Shown piece by piece: positions 1 to 10,678 of a stretch of 64,000 bases of DNA (its first letter is position 1; each line of letters begins with the position of its first letter). Made by a program: the position numbers and the translations under genes. Under the pieces are notes generated by a model that was not told where the DNA came from, searched no databases, and saw only the letters and a program-made list of their open reading frames with translations. This stretch comes from an uncultured Actinomycetota bacterium (lineage in GTDB: Bacteria > Actinomycetota > Actinomycetes > Mycobacteriales > Mycobacteriaceae). The stretch covers positions 29,010 through 93,009 of the forward strand of contig CAVXAG010000039.1 of NCBI GenBank assembly GCA_963759655.1, given 5' to 3'.

Positions 1-1456
<1,456 letters not shown>

Positions 1457-1460
<4 letters not shown>

Positions 1461-2272
1461 GCGAGGACACTTCGGAGCCGATGACGCCGCGTCCGGCCGC
1501 GACCGTGATGCTGGTGCGCGACGCGGCTGGCGGGGTAGAGGTCTTTCTGCTGCAACGACATTCGCGGATGGATTTCGCGCCCGGCACAACGGTGTTCCCA
1601 GGCGGCGGCGTCGACGACCGGGATCGCAACGCCGACATCGCGTGGGTCGGGCCGGGGCCGGCATGGTGGGCGGCGCGGTTGGGTATCGACGAGGACCTGG
1701 CACTGGCGCTGGTGTGCGCCGGGGTGCGCGAGACGTTCGAGGAGTGCGGCGTGCTGCTGGCCGGGCCAGCCGGCGATCCCGCCGCGCTGGTCAGCGAGGT
1801 GACCTCCTATCACGGCGCGCGGGAGGAACTGGCCAATGGCAGCCTGGCGTTCAGCGACTTCCTGCGACGGGAGAACCTGGTGCTGCGCGCCGACCTGCTA
1901 CGGCCGTGGGCGAACTGGGTGACCCCGGCACGGGGGCACACCCGCCGCTACGACACGTACTTCTTCGTCGCCGCGTTGCCGGCGGGCCAGCACGCGGACG
2001 GCCAGACCAGCGAGGCCGCGTCAGCGGGATGGTCGCTGCCGGCCGCCGCGATCGAGGACTTCGGTGCCGGCCGCACCTTCCTGCTGCCGCCCACCTGGAC
2101 GCAGCTGGACACGCTGGGAAAGTTCGGCAGCACGGTGGAGGAGATTCTGGGCGCCGAGCGCGAGATCGTCGCGATGAGAACCGAAGTCATCGGCACCGAA
2201 GGAAACTGGAGCCTGGAGTTCTTCGATGTCGAGCGTTACGACCAGGTCCGGCGCGGGCGGCCCTGGTCGTGA
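1457..2272 (+). CDS. NUDIX hydrolase (Rv3040c-like)
   Basis: [16 protein letters not shown] and RETFEECG typical of this Nudix subfamily; ATGA overlap with upstream gene. Confidence 0.85.
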
Positions 2273-3030
2273 ATGAGTTCGTCAGTGTGTACGTCGGCGA
2301 CGAGCGTCCCGGCGTCGGCACGGTCGTGCTGTCGAGACCACCGAGCAACACACTGACCCGGCACGCCTGCCGGGAGATCATTGCGGTCGCGGGCGAGGTC
2401 GCCCATCGCGACGACATCGCCGCTGTCATTCTGTTCGGCGGGCATGAGATCTTCTCCGCCGGGGACGACCTCGCCGAACTGCGAACACTCAGCCCGGCCG
2501 ACGCCGAGACGGTCGCCCAGTTGCGTCAGGACGCGGTCGCCGCCGTCGCCGCAATCCCGAAGCCAACCGTCGCCGCGATCACCGGATACGCGCTGGGCAG
2601 CGGACTGTCCCTGGCGTTGGCCGCCGATCGGCGAGTCAGCGGCGACAACGCCAAGCTGGGTTTCACCGAGATCCTGGCCGGGCTGATCCCCGGCGGCGGT
2701 GCCACGCAGCGACTGCCCCAGCTCGTCGGGGTCAGCACGGCCAAAGACCTGGCGTTCTCCGGGCGATTCGTCGACGCCCGGGACGCGCTGGCGATGGGCC
2801 TACTCGACGAGATGGTGGCGCCCGACGCTGTGTATGACGCCGCCGCCGACTGGGCCGCTCGTTTCGTCGGCGCCCCGGCGCGCGCGCTGGCGGCCGCCAA
2901 GGCGGCAATCAACGGCGGACCCGATGCCGATGCGCTGGCGCGCGAGCGACGCCTTTACGCCGACGTGTTCGGGGCGGCGGACCGGCGGTACGTGGCGGAC
3001 GAGGGCGTCGATAGGCTTTCCGGATTATGA
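2269..3030 (+). CDS. echA17: Enoyl-CoA hydratase/isomerase family protein (EchA17-like)
   Basis: GTG start at 2269 overlapping the upstream stop; crotonase motifs [26 protein letters not shown]. Confidence 0.85.
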   Translation: MNEFVSVYVGDERPGVGTVVLSRPPSNTLTRHACREIIAVAGEVAHRDDIAAVILFGGHEIFSAGDDLAELRTLSPADAETVAQLRQDAVAAVAAIPKPTVAAITGYALGSGLSLALAADRRVSGDNAKLGFTEILAGLIPGGGATQRLPQLVGVSTAKDLAFSGRFVDARDALAMGLLDEMVAPDAVYDAAADWAARFVGAPARALAAAKAAINGGPDADALARERRLYADVFGAADRRYVADEGVDRLSGL

Positions 3031-4046
3031 CGACGAACGATCCGCTGCCACGGCCGCACGCCAGCGCCGAACAGGTCGAGGCGGCCCGGCATGACAGCAA
3101 ACTCGCGCAGGTGCTCTACCACGACTGGGAGGCCGAGAGCTACGACGACAAATGGTCGATCTCGTATGACAAGCGCTGCGTCGACTACGCGCGGGACCTT
3201 TTCGACGCGACGGTGCCCGGCCAAGAGCAACTCAGATTGCCCTACGACCGGGCGCTTGAGCTGGGCTGCGGCAGCGGGTTTTTTCTGCTGAACCTGATCC
3301 AGGCCGGGGTCGCGCGGCGCGGTTCGGTGACCGATTTGTCGCCGGGGATGGTGAAGGTGGCCGTCCGCAACGGCCAAAATCTGGGCCTGGAGATCGATGG
3401 CCGGGTCGCCGACGCCGAAGGCATCCCGTACGACGATGGCACCTTCGACCTGGTGGTCGGTCACGCGGTGCTGCACCACATTCCGGACGTCGAGCTGTCG
3501 CTGCGGGAAGCGGTGCGGGTGCTCAAGCCGGGCGGGCGGTTCGTGTTCGCCGGTGAGCCGACCACCGTGGGCAACGGTTACGCCCGTGCGCTTTCGACCG
3601 CGACGTGGCGCGCGGTGACCAACGCGACCAGGCTGCCCGGGCTCACCGGCTGGCGGCGCCCGCAGGCCGAGCTCGACGAGTCGTCACGCGCGGCCGCGCT
3701 CGAGGCGATCGTCGACCTGCACACCTTCGAGCCTGGTGACCTGGAGGGAATGGCGCGCAACGCAGGCGCCGTCGACGTCTCAAGCGCCACCACGGAATTC
3801 ACGGCCGCGATGCTGGGCTGGCCGCTGCGGACCATCGAGGCGGCCGTACCGCCCGGGCGGCTCGGCTTTGGTTGGGCGAAGTTCGCGTTCGGCAGCTGGA
3901 TCACGCTGAGCTGGGTCGACAACAACCTGTGGCGTCGAGTGATCCCGAAGGGCTGGTACTACAACGTGATGGTGACCGGGGTCAAGCCCCTTCCTTCCTC
4001 CCCCCTCGCTTCGCTCGACCCCCAGGGACCTTCCCCCCTCACTTAG
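3027..4046 (+). CDS. Class I SAM-dependent methyltransferase (Rv3038c-like)
   Basis: Motif [23 protein letters not shown]; low-complexity C-terminal extension from a local repeat. Confidence 0.9.
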   Translation: MTTNDPLPRPHASAEQVEAARHDSKLAQVLYHDWEAESYDDKWSISYDKRCVDYARDLFDATVPGQEQLRLPYDRALELGCGSGFFLLNLIQAGVARRGSVTDLSPGMVKVAVRNGQNLGLEIDGRVADAEGIPYDDGTFDLVVGHAVLHHIPDVELSLREAVRVLKPGGRFVFAGEPTTVGNGYARALSTATWRAVTNATRLPGLTGWRRPQAELDESSRAAALEAIVDLHTFEPGDLEGMARNAGAVDVSSATTEFTAAMLGWPLRTIEAAVPPGRLGFGWAKFAFGSWITLSWVDNNLWRRVIPKGWYYNVMVTGVKPLPSSPLASLDPQGPSPLT

Positions 4047-4058
4047 ATCGACCCCCAG
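4000..4058. repeat. Degenerate tandem duplication, 2 x 26-nt core with 33-nt period
   Basis: CCCCCCTCGCTTCGCTCGACCCCCAG (4000-4025) vs CCCCCCTCACTTAGATCGACCCCCAG (4033-4058), 23/26 identical. Confidence 0.75.
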
Positions 4059-5224
4059 TGGCCGTAACTTTCACCCTCGACGACGTTGCCTACCTCCGAT
4101 CCTCAGCGGGCGCCGACGCGCTGGCCGCGGTGACGGCGTATCCGCTCACCGACGCCACGCGGATCGCAGACGTCGCCGCTGTCCGCGCCTCTTTCGGGCA
4201 ACGGACGGGCGTGCTCGTCGAGACCGTGTTGCTGCGCCGCCGCGCCGCGGCCAAGCTCGACGATGCCGGGCGCTGGCTGTTCACGAACGAAGCGCTGCAG
4301 CAAGCCACCGCGACCCCGGTGGCTGCGCACCGGGCCCGGCGACTCGCGGGGATGACGGTGCACGACGTCACCTGTTCGATCGGCACCGAGTTGGCGACGC
4401 TGCGGTCGACCGGCGACGTGCTGGGCAGCGACATCGACCCGGTTCGCCTTGCGATGGCGCGGCACAACGTCATCGGGGTGCCCCTCGTTCGTGCCGATGC
4501 GCTGCGCCCGGTCAGCCGAGGCACCGTCGTGCTCGCCGATCCAGGGCGGCGCGGTGCGGGCGGCCGGGTGTTCAAGCCCCGCGATTTCAGCCCGCCACTC
4601 GACGTGCTACTCGACACGTACCGGGACCATGCGCTGGTCGTAAAATGTTCTCCCGGAATCGATTTCGATCGACTCAACTGGTCCGGTGAAGTGGAGGTCA
4701 CCTCGCTGGCCGGTGACGTGCGGGAGGCGTGCCTGTGGTCGGCCGAACTGGCGGAGCCGGGGGTATCGCGGCGCGCCACCGTGCTTGGCGCAGACGGACG
4801 CGCCGAGCAGGTGACGGACGCCGAGCCCGACGACTGCCCGGTCGCGGCTGCGGGGCGATGGATCATCGATCCCGACGGTGCGGTGGTGCGTGCCGGGCTG
4901 GTCCGTCACTACGCCGCGCGGCACGGGCTGTGGCAACTCGACCCGAAGATCGCATACCTGTCCGGCGATCGATTGCCGCCGGCAACGCGCGGCTTCGAGG
5001 TCCTCGACAACATCCCGTTCGGAGAGCGGCGGTTGCGCCTGGCGCTGGCCGAGATGGACTGCGGCGCAGCCGAAATCCTGGTCCGGGGGGTCGACGTCGA
5101 CCCGGCGCAGCTGCGGCCCCGGCTGAAGTTGCGTGGCACGCGATCGCTGTCGGTGGTGATCACCCGGATCGGCGCGGGATCGGGTGCGCGGGCGAGGGCG
5201 TTCGTTTGTCGTCCGTCTCGCTGA
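4058..5224 (+). CDS. SAM-dependent methyltransferase with THUMP-like C-terminus (Rv3037c-like, MGLP cluster)
   Basis: GTG at 4058 (VAVTFTLDD); EALQQAT, DVTCSIGTEL, ADPGRR, VKCSPG motifs; synteny. Confidence 0.85.
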   Translation: MAVTFTLDDVAYLRSSAGADALAAVTAYPLTDATRIADVAAVRASFGQRTGVLVETVLLRRRAAAKLDDAGRWLFTNEALQQATATPVAAHRARRLAGMTVHDVTCSIGTELATLRSTGDVLGSDIDPVRLAMARHNVIGVPLVRADALRPVSRGTVVLADPGRRGAGGRVFKPRDFSPPLDVLLDTYRDHALVVKCSPGIDFDRLNWSGEVEVTSLAGDVREACLWSAELAEPGVSRRATVLGADGRAEQVTDAEPDDCPVAAAGRWIIDPDGAVVRAGLVRHYAARHGLWQLDPKIAYLSGDRLPPATRGFEVLDNIPFGERRLRLALAEMDCGAAEILVRGVDVDPAQLRPRLKLRGTRSLSVVITRIGAGSGARARAFVCRPSR

Positions 5225-5268
5225 AGGCACGGGGTAACCTGGCGCTCAACTCGTTCCAAGGACGGTCG

Positions 5269-5970
5269 ATGACACGCTCATTCAGGGTGGCCGCGTTCCT
5301 GGCCGCCGCGGTGGTCGGGTTGGCGGGCAGCGCCGGAGCGGCTGCGCAATCGCCGTGTGTGGACTTCGGCGGAGCCCTCGATGGCAACACGTGCCGCGTG
5401 CACACCGGCACCGATGCCTATCTTGTCGACATCGCCTTCCCGGTCGACTACGCCGACGTCCAACCGATGATGGACTATCTGAGGCAGACCCGCGACGGGT
5501 TCCTCAACGTCTCGCAACTGCCGGGTTCCACCGGCCTGCCGTATTCGTTGGACATCACCAACGATGAATTCCGGTCGGGCCGCCCGCCGGGGGGCACCCA
5601 GAGTGTGGCGCTGAAGATCTACCAGAATGTCGGCGGCGCCCACCCGCTGACCTGGTACAAAGCGTTCAACTACAACCTCGACACGCATCAGCCGATCACG
5701 TACGACACACTGTTCACCCCGGGCAGCAAACCGTTGCCGGAGATCATGCCGATCGTGCAGAAAGAAATCGACACGCAGCTCGGCTACCACGTACCCGTCT
5801 CGGACGGCCTCGACCCGTCGAACTATCAGAACTTCGCGATCACCGACAGCGAGCTCATCTTCTACTTCGGCCAGAACGAGATGCTCCCGTCCGCGGCGGG
5901 CGCAATGGTCGTGCATGTGCCGCGGTCCGCCGTCGCGCCGATGCTCGTCCCGCTTCCGGCGCCTGCTTAG
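5269..5970 (+). CDS. Secreted DUF3298/RsiV-like protein (TB22.2/Rv3036c-like)
   Basis: Signal peptide MTRSFRVAAFLAAAVVGLAGSAGAAA; GGAHP, FNYNL, ITYDTLF, YQNFAIT. Confidence 0.85.
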   Translation: MTRSFRVAAFLAAAVVGLAGSAGAAAQSPCVDFGGALDGNTCRVHTGTDAYLVDIAFPVDYADVQPMMDYLRQTRDGFLNVSQLPGSTGLPYSLDITNDEFRSGRPPGGTQSVALKIYQNVGGAHPLTWYKAFNYNLDTHQPITYDTLFTPGSKPLPEIMPIVQKEIDTQLGYHVPVSDGLDPSNYQNFAITDSELIFYFGQNEMLPSAAGAMVVHVPRSAVAPMLVPLPAPA

Positions 5971-7277
5971 GCCGGGTCGAACCCGTACACCTGGCCGTCG
6001 CTGGTCGCAGTGATGACACGACGATCAAGTGCGACCGAGACCCCGACCGGCCAGCCGCTGGCCTGCGGCAGGGGATAGGTGTTGACAGTGCGCCCGTCAC
6101 TCGTGCGGAAGACAAGCAATGCCAGCCCTTTGTCCCCGGAGCGGACGACGGTGTAGCCGATGTCGGCGCCGGCCTGACTGGTCGTGCACAGCGTGTTGAG
6201 GTCGTCGCGGCGCCACACCACGTCGCCGCGCTGCCCGTCGTCGCGGACCGCCACCAGCTTGGCGTCCGGTCCACCACCCGACACGATCAGGCCTCTCGGC
6301 GCCACAGATGGCGCCGTTTGCGGTGAAAAATCCAGCGGTACAGACCATTTCGGCTTTCCGTCCTTGGCGGCCAGAGCCCAGAGGGTGCCGTCTCGGCTGT
6401 TCACGTACACCGTGGAGCCGTCGTTGGAGAACACCGGACTGCCCAGCACACCGCTCTTCACCGCGTCGGTGCTCCACTGCGGCGTCAATAGCTGGCTGCC
6501 GTCGGCGCGATACCTCAGCGCGGTCAGCGTGGCCGCCGGCGCGTTCGGCTGCCAGACGCCGATGACGATCAGCCCGGTCGATGGCGAAAGGGCGGGCGCG
6601 GCCGCGATCGGACAGCGGGGGCCGGCCGGCTGGCAGTCGGTGAGACCGCGTTCGCTGTCGGTGGGGTTGACGCCCTGCACCAGGTCCACCGCCGACCCGA
6701 TCATCTCGCCGCGATGGCTGTCGACCACCTGAACCTGACCGAGATGGGTGACCACCAGCAACCGTCCGCCGCCGAGAAAGCGCGGGGTCAGCGGCATCCC
6801 GATGACCGGATGGCGCCAGCGCACCCACTGCGTCGGGGGGAACGACAGCATGGTGCCGGGCTGGCCGACGTAGACGTTGTCGAACTTGTCGAACAGCGGG
6901 CCGGCGAACCCGCCACCGAGCACCAGTCGGGTGCACCAGCGTTGCCTGCCGTTGTTGTCGAACTCCCAGACCATGAGTGAGCAGCCAGCCGCCGTTTGGG
7001 CGTTGACCGCGAGGTAATCGCTGGCCCCCAGCGCTGCCGACGCGTACAAACTGCCCTTGACCGACCGGCTCCACTGCAGCTTCAGCGCCTCGGCGCCGGC
7101 AGTGGGGGTGTAGCTGCTGTTGGCGGCGTCGGCGTATTGCGATGACCAGCCCGCGGCCGGCGCCGCGTCCACCCAGGTGTCGGTGTTCCCGCACCCAGCG
7201 GCCATCACGACGAGAAGGGCTGTGCCCGCGAGTGCCGCCAGTCGCCGAGGCGTGCAGCGCCGATGTCGCGAGAACAC
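5967..7277 (-). CDS. PQQ-like beta-propeller lipoprotein (Rv3035-like)
   Basis: Lipobox MAAGC; repeated W-containing blade motifs (LQWSRS, QRWCTRL, PKWSVPL); start codon uncertain. Confidence 0.8.
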   Translation of the reverse strand: MFSRHRRCTPRRLAALAGTALLVVMAAGCGNTDTWVDAAPAAGWSSQYADAANSSYTPTAGAEALKLQWSRSVKGSLYASAALGASDYLAVNAQTAAGCSLMVWEFDNNGRQRWCTRLVLGGGFAGPLFDKFDNVYVGQPGTMLSFPPTQWVRWRHPVIGMPLTPRFLGGGRLLVVTHLGQVQVVDSHRGEMIGSAVDLVQGVNPTDSERGLTDCQPAGPRCPIAAAPALSPSTGLIVIGVWQPNAPAATLTALRYRADGSQLLTPQWSTDAVKSGVLGSPVFSNDGSTVYVNSRDGTLWALAAKDGKPKWSVPLDFSPQTAPSVAPRGLIVSGGGPDAKLVAVRDDGQRGDVVWRRDDLNTLCTTSQAGADIGYTVVRSGDKGLALLVFRTSDGRTVNTYPLPQASGWPVGVSVALDRRVITATSDGQVYGFDPA

Positions 7278-7328
7278 ACCAGAGGGTAACCCGGCCGGTC
7301 ATGGCGCCCAGCGATAGGCTTTCCGGCC

Positions 7329-8066
7329 ATGACGACGATGTGGGGCGCGCCGTTGCACAAACGGTGGCGGGGTTCGCGGTTGCGGGATCCGCGGCAAGCG
7401 AGGTTTCTCACGTTGGCGTCACTTCGTTGGGTGCTTGCCAACCGCGCTTACACGCCCTGGTACCTGGTCAGGTATTGGCGGCTGCTGAAGTTCAAGCTGG
7501 CCAACCCACACATCATCACGCGCGGCATGGTGTTTCTCGGCAAGGACGTGGAAATCCACTCAACCCCAGAGCTGTCGGAGTTGGTGATCGGTCGATGGGT
7601 GCACATCGGCGACAAGAACACCATCCGCGCGCACGAGGGCTCGCTGCGCTTCGGAGACAAGGTGGTCCTCGGCCGCGACAACGTCATCAACACTTACCTC
7701 GACGTCGAGCTGGGGGACTCGGCGTTGATGGCCGACTGGTGCTACGTATGCGACTTCGACCACAAGATGGACGACATCAACATGCCGATCAAGGACCAGG
7801 GCATCGTCAAGAGCCCGGTGCGGATCGGGCCTGACACCTGGGTCGCGGCCAAGGTCACGATCTTGCGCGGCACGATCGTGGGGCGTGGGTGCGTGCTCGG
7901 CTCGCACTCGGTGGTCAAGGGCCTTATCCCGGACTACTCGATCGCGGTGGGCGCCCCGGCGAAGGTGGTGAAGAACCGCAAGCTCGCGTGGGAGACAACG
8001 GCGGCCGAACGCGCCGAGGTGGCTGCGGCGCTGGCCGACATCGAGCGCAAAAAGGCCACCCGGTAA
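7329..8066 (+). CDS. Hexapeptide-repeat acyltransferase (Rv3034c-like, MGLP cluster)
   Basis: Left-handed beta-helix repeats VHIGDKNTI, VRIGPDTWV, TIVGRGCVLG; IAVGAPAKVVK. Confidence 0.9.
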   Translation: MTTMWGAPLHKRWRGSRLRDPRQARFLTLASLRWVLANRAYTPWYLVRYWRLLKFKLANPHIITRGMVFLGKDVEIHSTPELSELVIGRWVHIGDKNTIRAHEGSLRFGDKVVLGRDNVINTYLDVELGDSALMADWCYVCDFDHKMDDINMPIKDQGIVKSPVRIGPDTWVAAKVTILRGTIVGRGCVLGSHSVVKGLIPDYSIAVGAPAKVVKNRKLAWETTAAERAEVAAALADIERKKATR

Positions 8067-8072
8067 GGCCCG

Positions 8073-8888
8073 TCAGGGCAGCAGGCTGCGCGGATCGTCG
8101 GGGATCTTCGGCTTCTCCGGTTGCGGGCTCGACTCCGGCGTGGACTTCTCCAGGAATCGGAGCAGTTCGACGGGGAACGGCAGTATCAGCGTGGAGTTCT
8201 TCTCCGCCGCGACCTCGACGACGGTCTGCAGGAGCCGGAGTTGAAGTGCGGCCGGGTGCTCCGCCATGATTTCGGCGGCCTGGGCCAACTTCTGTGAGGC
8301 CTGCAGTTCACCGTCGGCGGTGATGACCCGGGCCCGTCGTTCGCGTTCCGCCTCGGCCTGGCGCGCGATCGACCGCTTCATCCCGTCGGGTAGGACGACA
8401 TCTTTGATCTCGACACGGTCGATATGAATGCCCCAGCCCGCCGCGGGGCTGTCGAGCATCAACTCCAGGCCTTGATTGAGCCCCTCGCGGTTAGAGAGCA
8501 GGTCGTCGAGTTCGCTCTTACCGATGATCGAGCGCAGCGACGTCTGTGCGACCTGGCCGATCGCGGAGTTGTAGTCCTGGATGTCGACGGCCACCCGCAC
8601 CGGGTCCGCGACCTTGAAGTAGATGACCGCGTCGACGCGGACCGTCACGTTGTCGCGGGTGATGCCGTCCTGGGCGGGCACCGGCATCGTGATGATCTGC
8701 ATGTTGACCTTCTGCAAGCGATCGGCAACCGGCATCAGCATCATGAGCCCGGGTCCGCGAACGCCCTTCTGCACGCGCCCGAATCGGAAGATGACGCCTC
8801 GTTCGAACTGCTTGACGACGCGGAGGGTCGTCGCCAGCCAGAAAACAGATGCGCCAATCGCGCCAGCCAGTGCGTAAAAAATCATCAT
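8073..8888 (-). CDS. SPFH/stomatin (slipin) family membrane protein
   Basis: N-terminal hydrophobic helix; ITRDNVTVRVDAV, RVEIKDV, ARQAEAERERRA, ALQLRLLQT; GAGG RBS. Confidence 0.92.
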   Translation of the reverse strand: MMIFYALAGAIGASVFWLATTLRVVKQFERGVIFRFGRVQKGVRGPGLMMLMPVADRLQKVNMQIITMPVPAQDGITRDNVTVRVDAVIYFKVADPVRVAVDIQDYNSAIGQVAQTSLRSIIGKSELDDLLSNREGLNQGLELMLDSPAAGWGIHIDRVEIKDVVLPDGMKRSIARQAEAERERRARVITADGELQASQKLAQAAEIMAEHPAALQLRLLQTVVEVAAEKNSTLILPFPVELLRFLEKSTPESSPQPEKPKIPDDPRSLLP

Positions 8889-8931
8889 GACCTCGATTCC
8901 CCATCAATCTTTCCACTGGCAGGGAGGCGCC

Positions 8932-9277
8932 TCAAGGACGGGGCGCCTTCGTGCCCTCGCGCAGGGAACGGACTGGTTTCGGCGGCGCCATGCGCACCAG
9001 TTGCTCCAACAGCTCACCGACCTGTGGGCCGGCCAGCCGGTAGTAGCGGTGCCGGCCATGGGTTCGACGGTCAGCAGTCCCGCGTCGGTCAACTTCGTGA
9101 GATGGCTACTTGCGGTGGAGCGGGTGACGCCGGCCTCTTCGCGAGGACGCTGGCCGGCAGCGCGCGGCCGTCGTCCAGCGCCAGCAGCACCGCGCACCGC
9201 GCCGGATCGGCGAACAGGGCCGCGACCGCCGCGATGTCCGCGTCACCGACCGAGGGGAGTTCGGCGGCGTCACGCAT
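8932..9277 (-). pseudogene. ArsR/SmtB-family regulator, two -1 frameshifts and probable C-terminal truncation
   Basis: Restoring 1 nt at ~9140 and 1 nt at 9060-9062 gives ...LFADPARCAVLLALDDGRALPASVLAEEAGVTRSTASSHLTKLTDAGLLTVEPHGRHRYYRLAG...SLREGTKA, with stop at 8932. Confidence 0.8.
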
Positions 9278-10638
9278 GGCACACCTCCCTGGACTCCGAC
9301 ATCTGCTTACTCGACGCCCACCGGAGTACCACGGCCGCTCCCATCAATTCGACCACCGCGCCGGCAAGAAGCGCAGGCCGCACCCCGTCGAGCGCCATCA
9401 CGGTGCCGAGCGCGGCCACACCCACCGTGATACCCACCAGCCTGGCCAGGTTCGCCACACCGGAGGCCAATCCCGCCGGGTCAGCGGCATGGCCGACATC
9501 GCCAGCCCGACGGCCGGCCCGGTGTTGAACGCCAGTCCGGCGCCCGTCAACACGAAGCCAGCCTCGAGAAGCACGATATTGCCGTTGGGCCCGGCCAGCG
9601 CATACACGAGCATGCCCGCTGCCATCAAGACCAAACCGGTCAGCATCGGCAACCTGGGCCCGGTCCGGTGCGCCACGACGTTGACGATGGGGATAAGCGC
9701 CAAATACGTCAGCGGCATCGGCAGGAACGCCGCCGCGGTAGCCAGCGCACTCTCGCCTCGTTGTTGTTGGAACGCGAAGCTGTTCACCATCAGCATCCCG
9801 TAGGTACCGAATGTCATCGCGAATGTCGCGATCAGCGCCGCGACCAGTTGGCGGTTGCGCAGCAGCCCAAGCGGAAGCATGGGGTTGTTGACCCGGCCTT
9901 GAGTCCAGAAGAACAGGCCGATGCCTGCGGCTGCGACGACGGCGAGGGCCAGTGTCCATTGCGGCCCCATCGTGCGCCCCTGAACCAGGACGAGCGTCAG
10001 CGGGCCAGGCCGAGGATCGCGAACGCCTGTCCGGGCAGGTCGATGCCGCGGGCGGCCGGGTCGCGCGACTCCGACAGATAGCGGTGCGTCATCAATAGCG
10101 CCGCAAGCCCCACCGGAATGTTGATCCAGAAGATGTAGCGCCAACCCACAGTGTCGGTCAGCACGCCGCCAAGGACCGGCCCGATGGCGGCGCTGGTCGC
10201 CGCGGCGACGGCCCACGCGGCGGTCGCGCGCGCGCGATCGACCGACTCGGGAAACGCGTGGGCCGCGATGGCCAGACCCTGCGGCAGCATCAGCCCGGCG
10301 CCGACCCCCTGCACGGCCCGCGCCGCCAAGAGTGGCGGCAGTGACGGCGCAGCAGCGCACGCCAGCGACGCGACGACGAAGGTGGTCAAGCCGAACCGCA
10401 GCAGTGCGCGCCTGCCGAATCGGTCGCCGAGAGATCCGGCGGTCAGCAGAACCGCGGCGAACGCAACGTTGTAGGCATCGATCGTCCACTGCGCACCCGA
10501 AATGCCGCCGCCCAGATCGGCGCGGATCGCCGGCAAGGCCAAGTTGACGGCGTTGGCATCGACGAGTCCAACGAAAAGGCCCAGGTATGCCGCGATCAAC
10601 GTGACGATCGATGAGGAATTGATCCTGCTGGGGGTCAT
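9270..10638 (-). pseudogene. DHA2-type (14-TMS) MFS transporter, two -1 frameshifts
   Basis: Motif A GSLGDRFGRR and motif C GPVLGGVL; sequence continues across ORFs 9997-10638, 9398-10489 and 9270-9959 with shifts at ~10004 and ~9476; restored length about 456 aa. Confidence 0.82.
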
Positions 10639-10678
10639 GTCCCGACGCTAGGTGCGAAATGATTTGAAGATCGAACAG

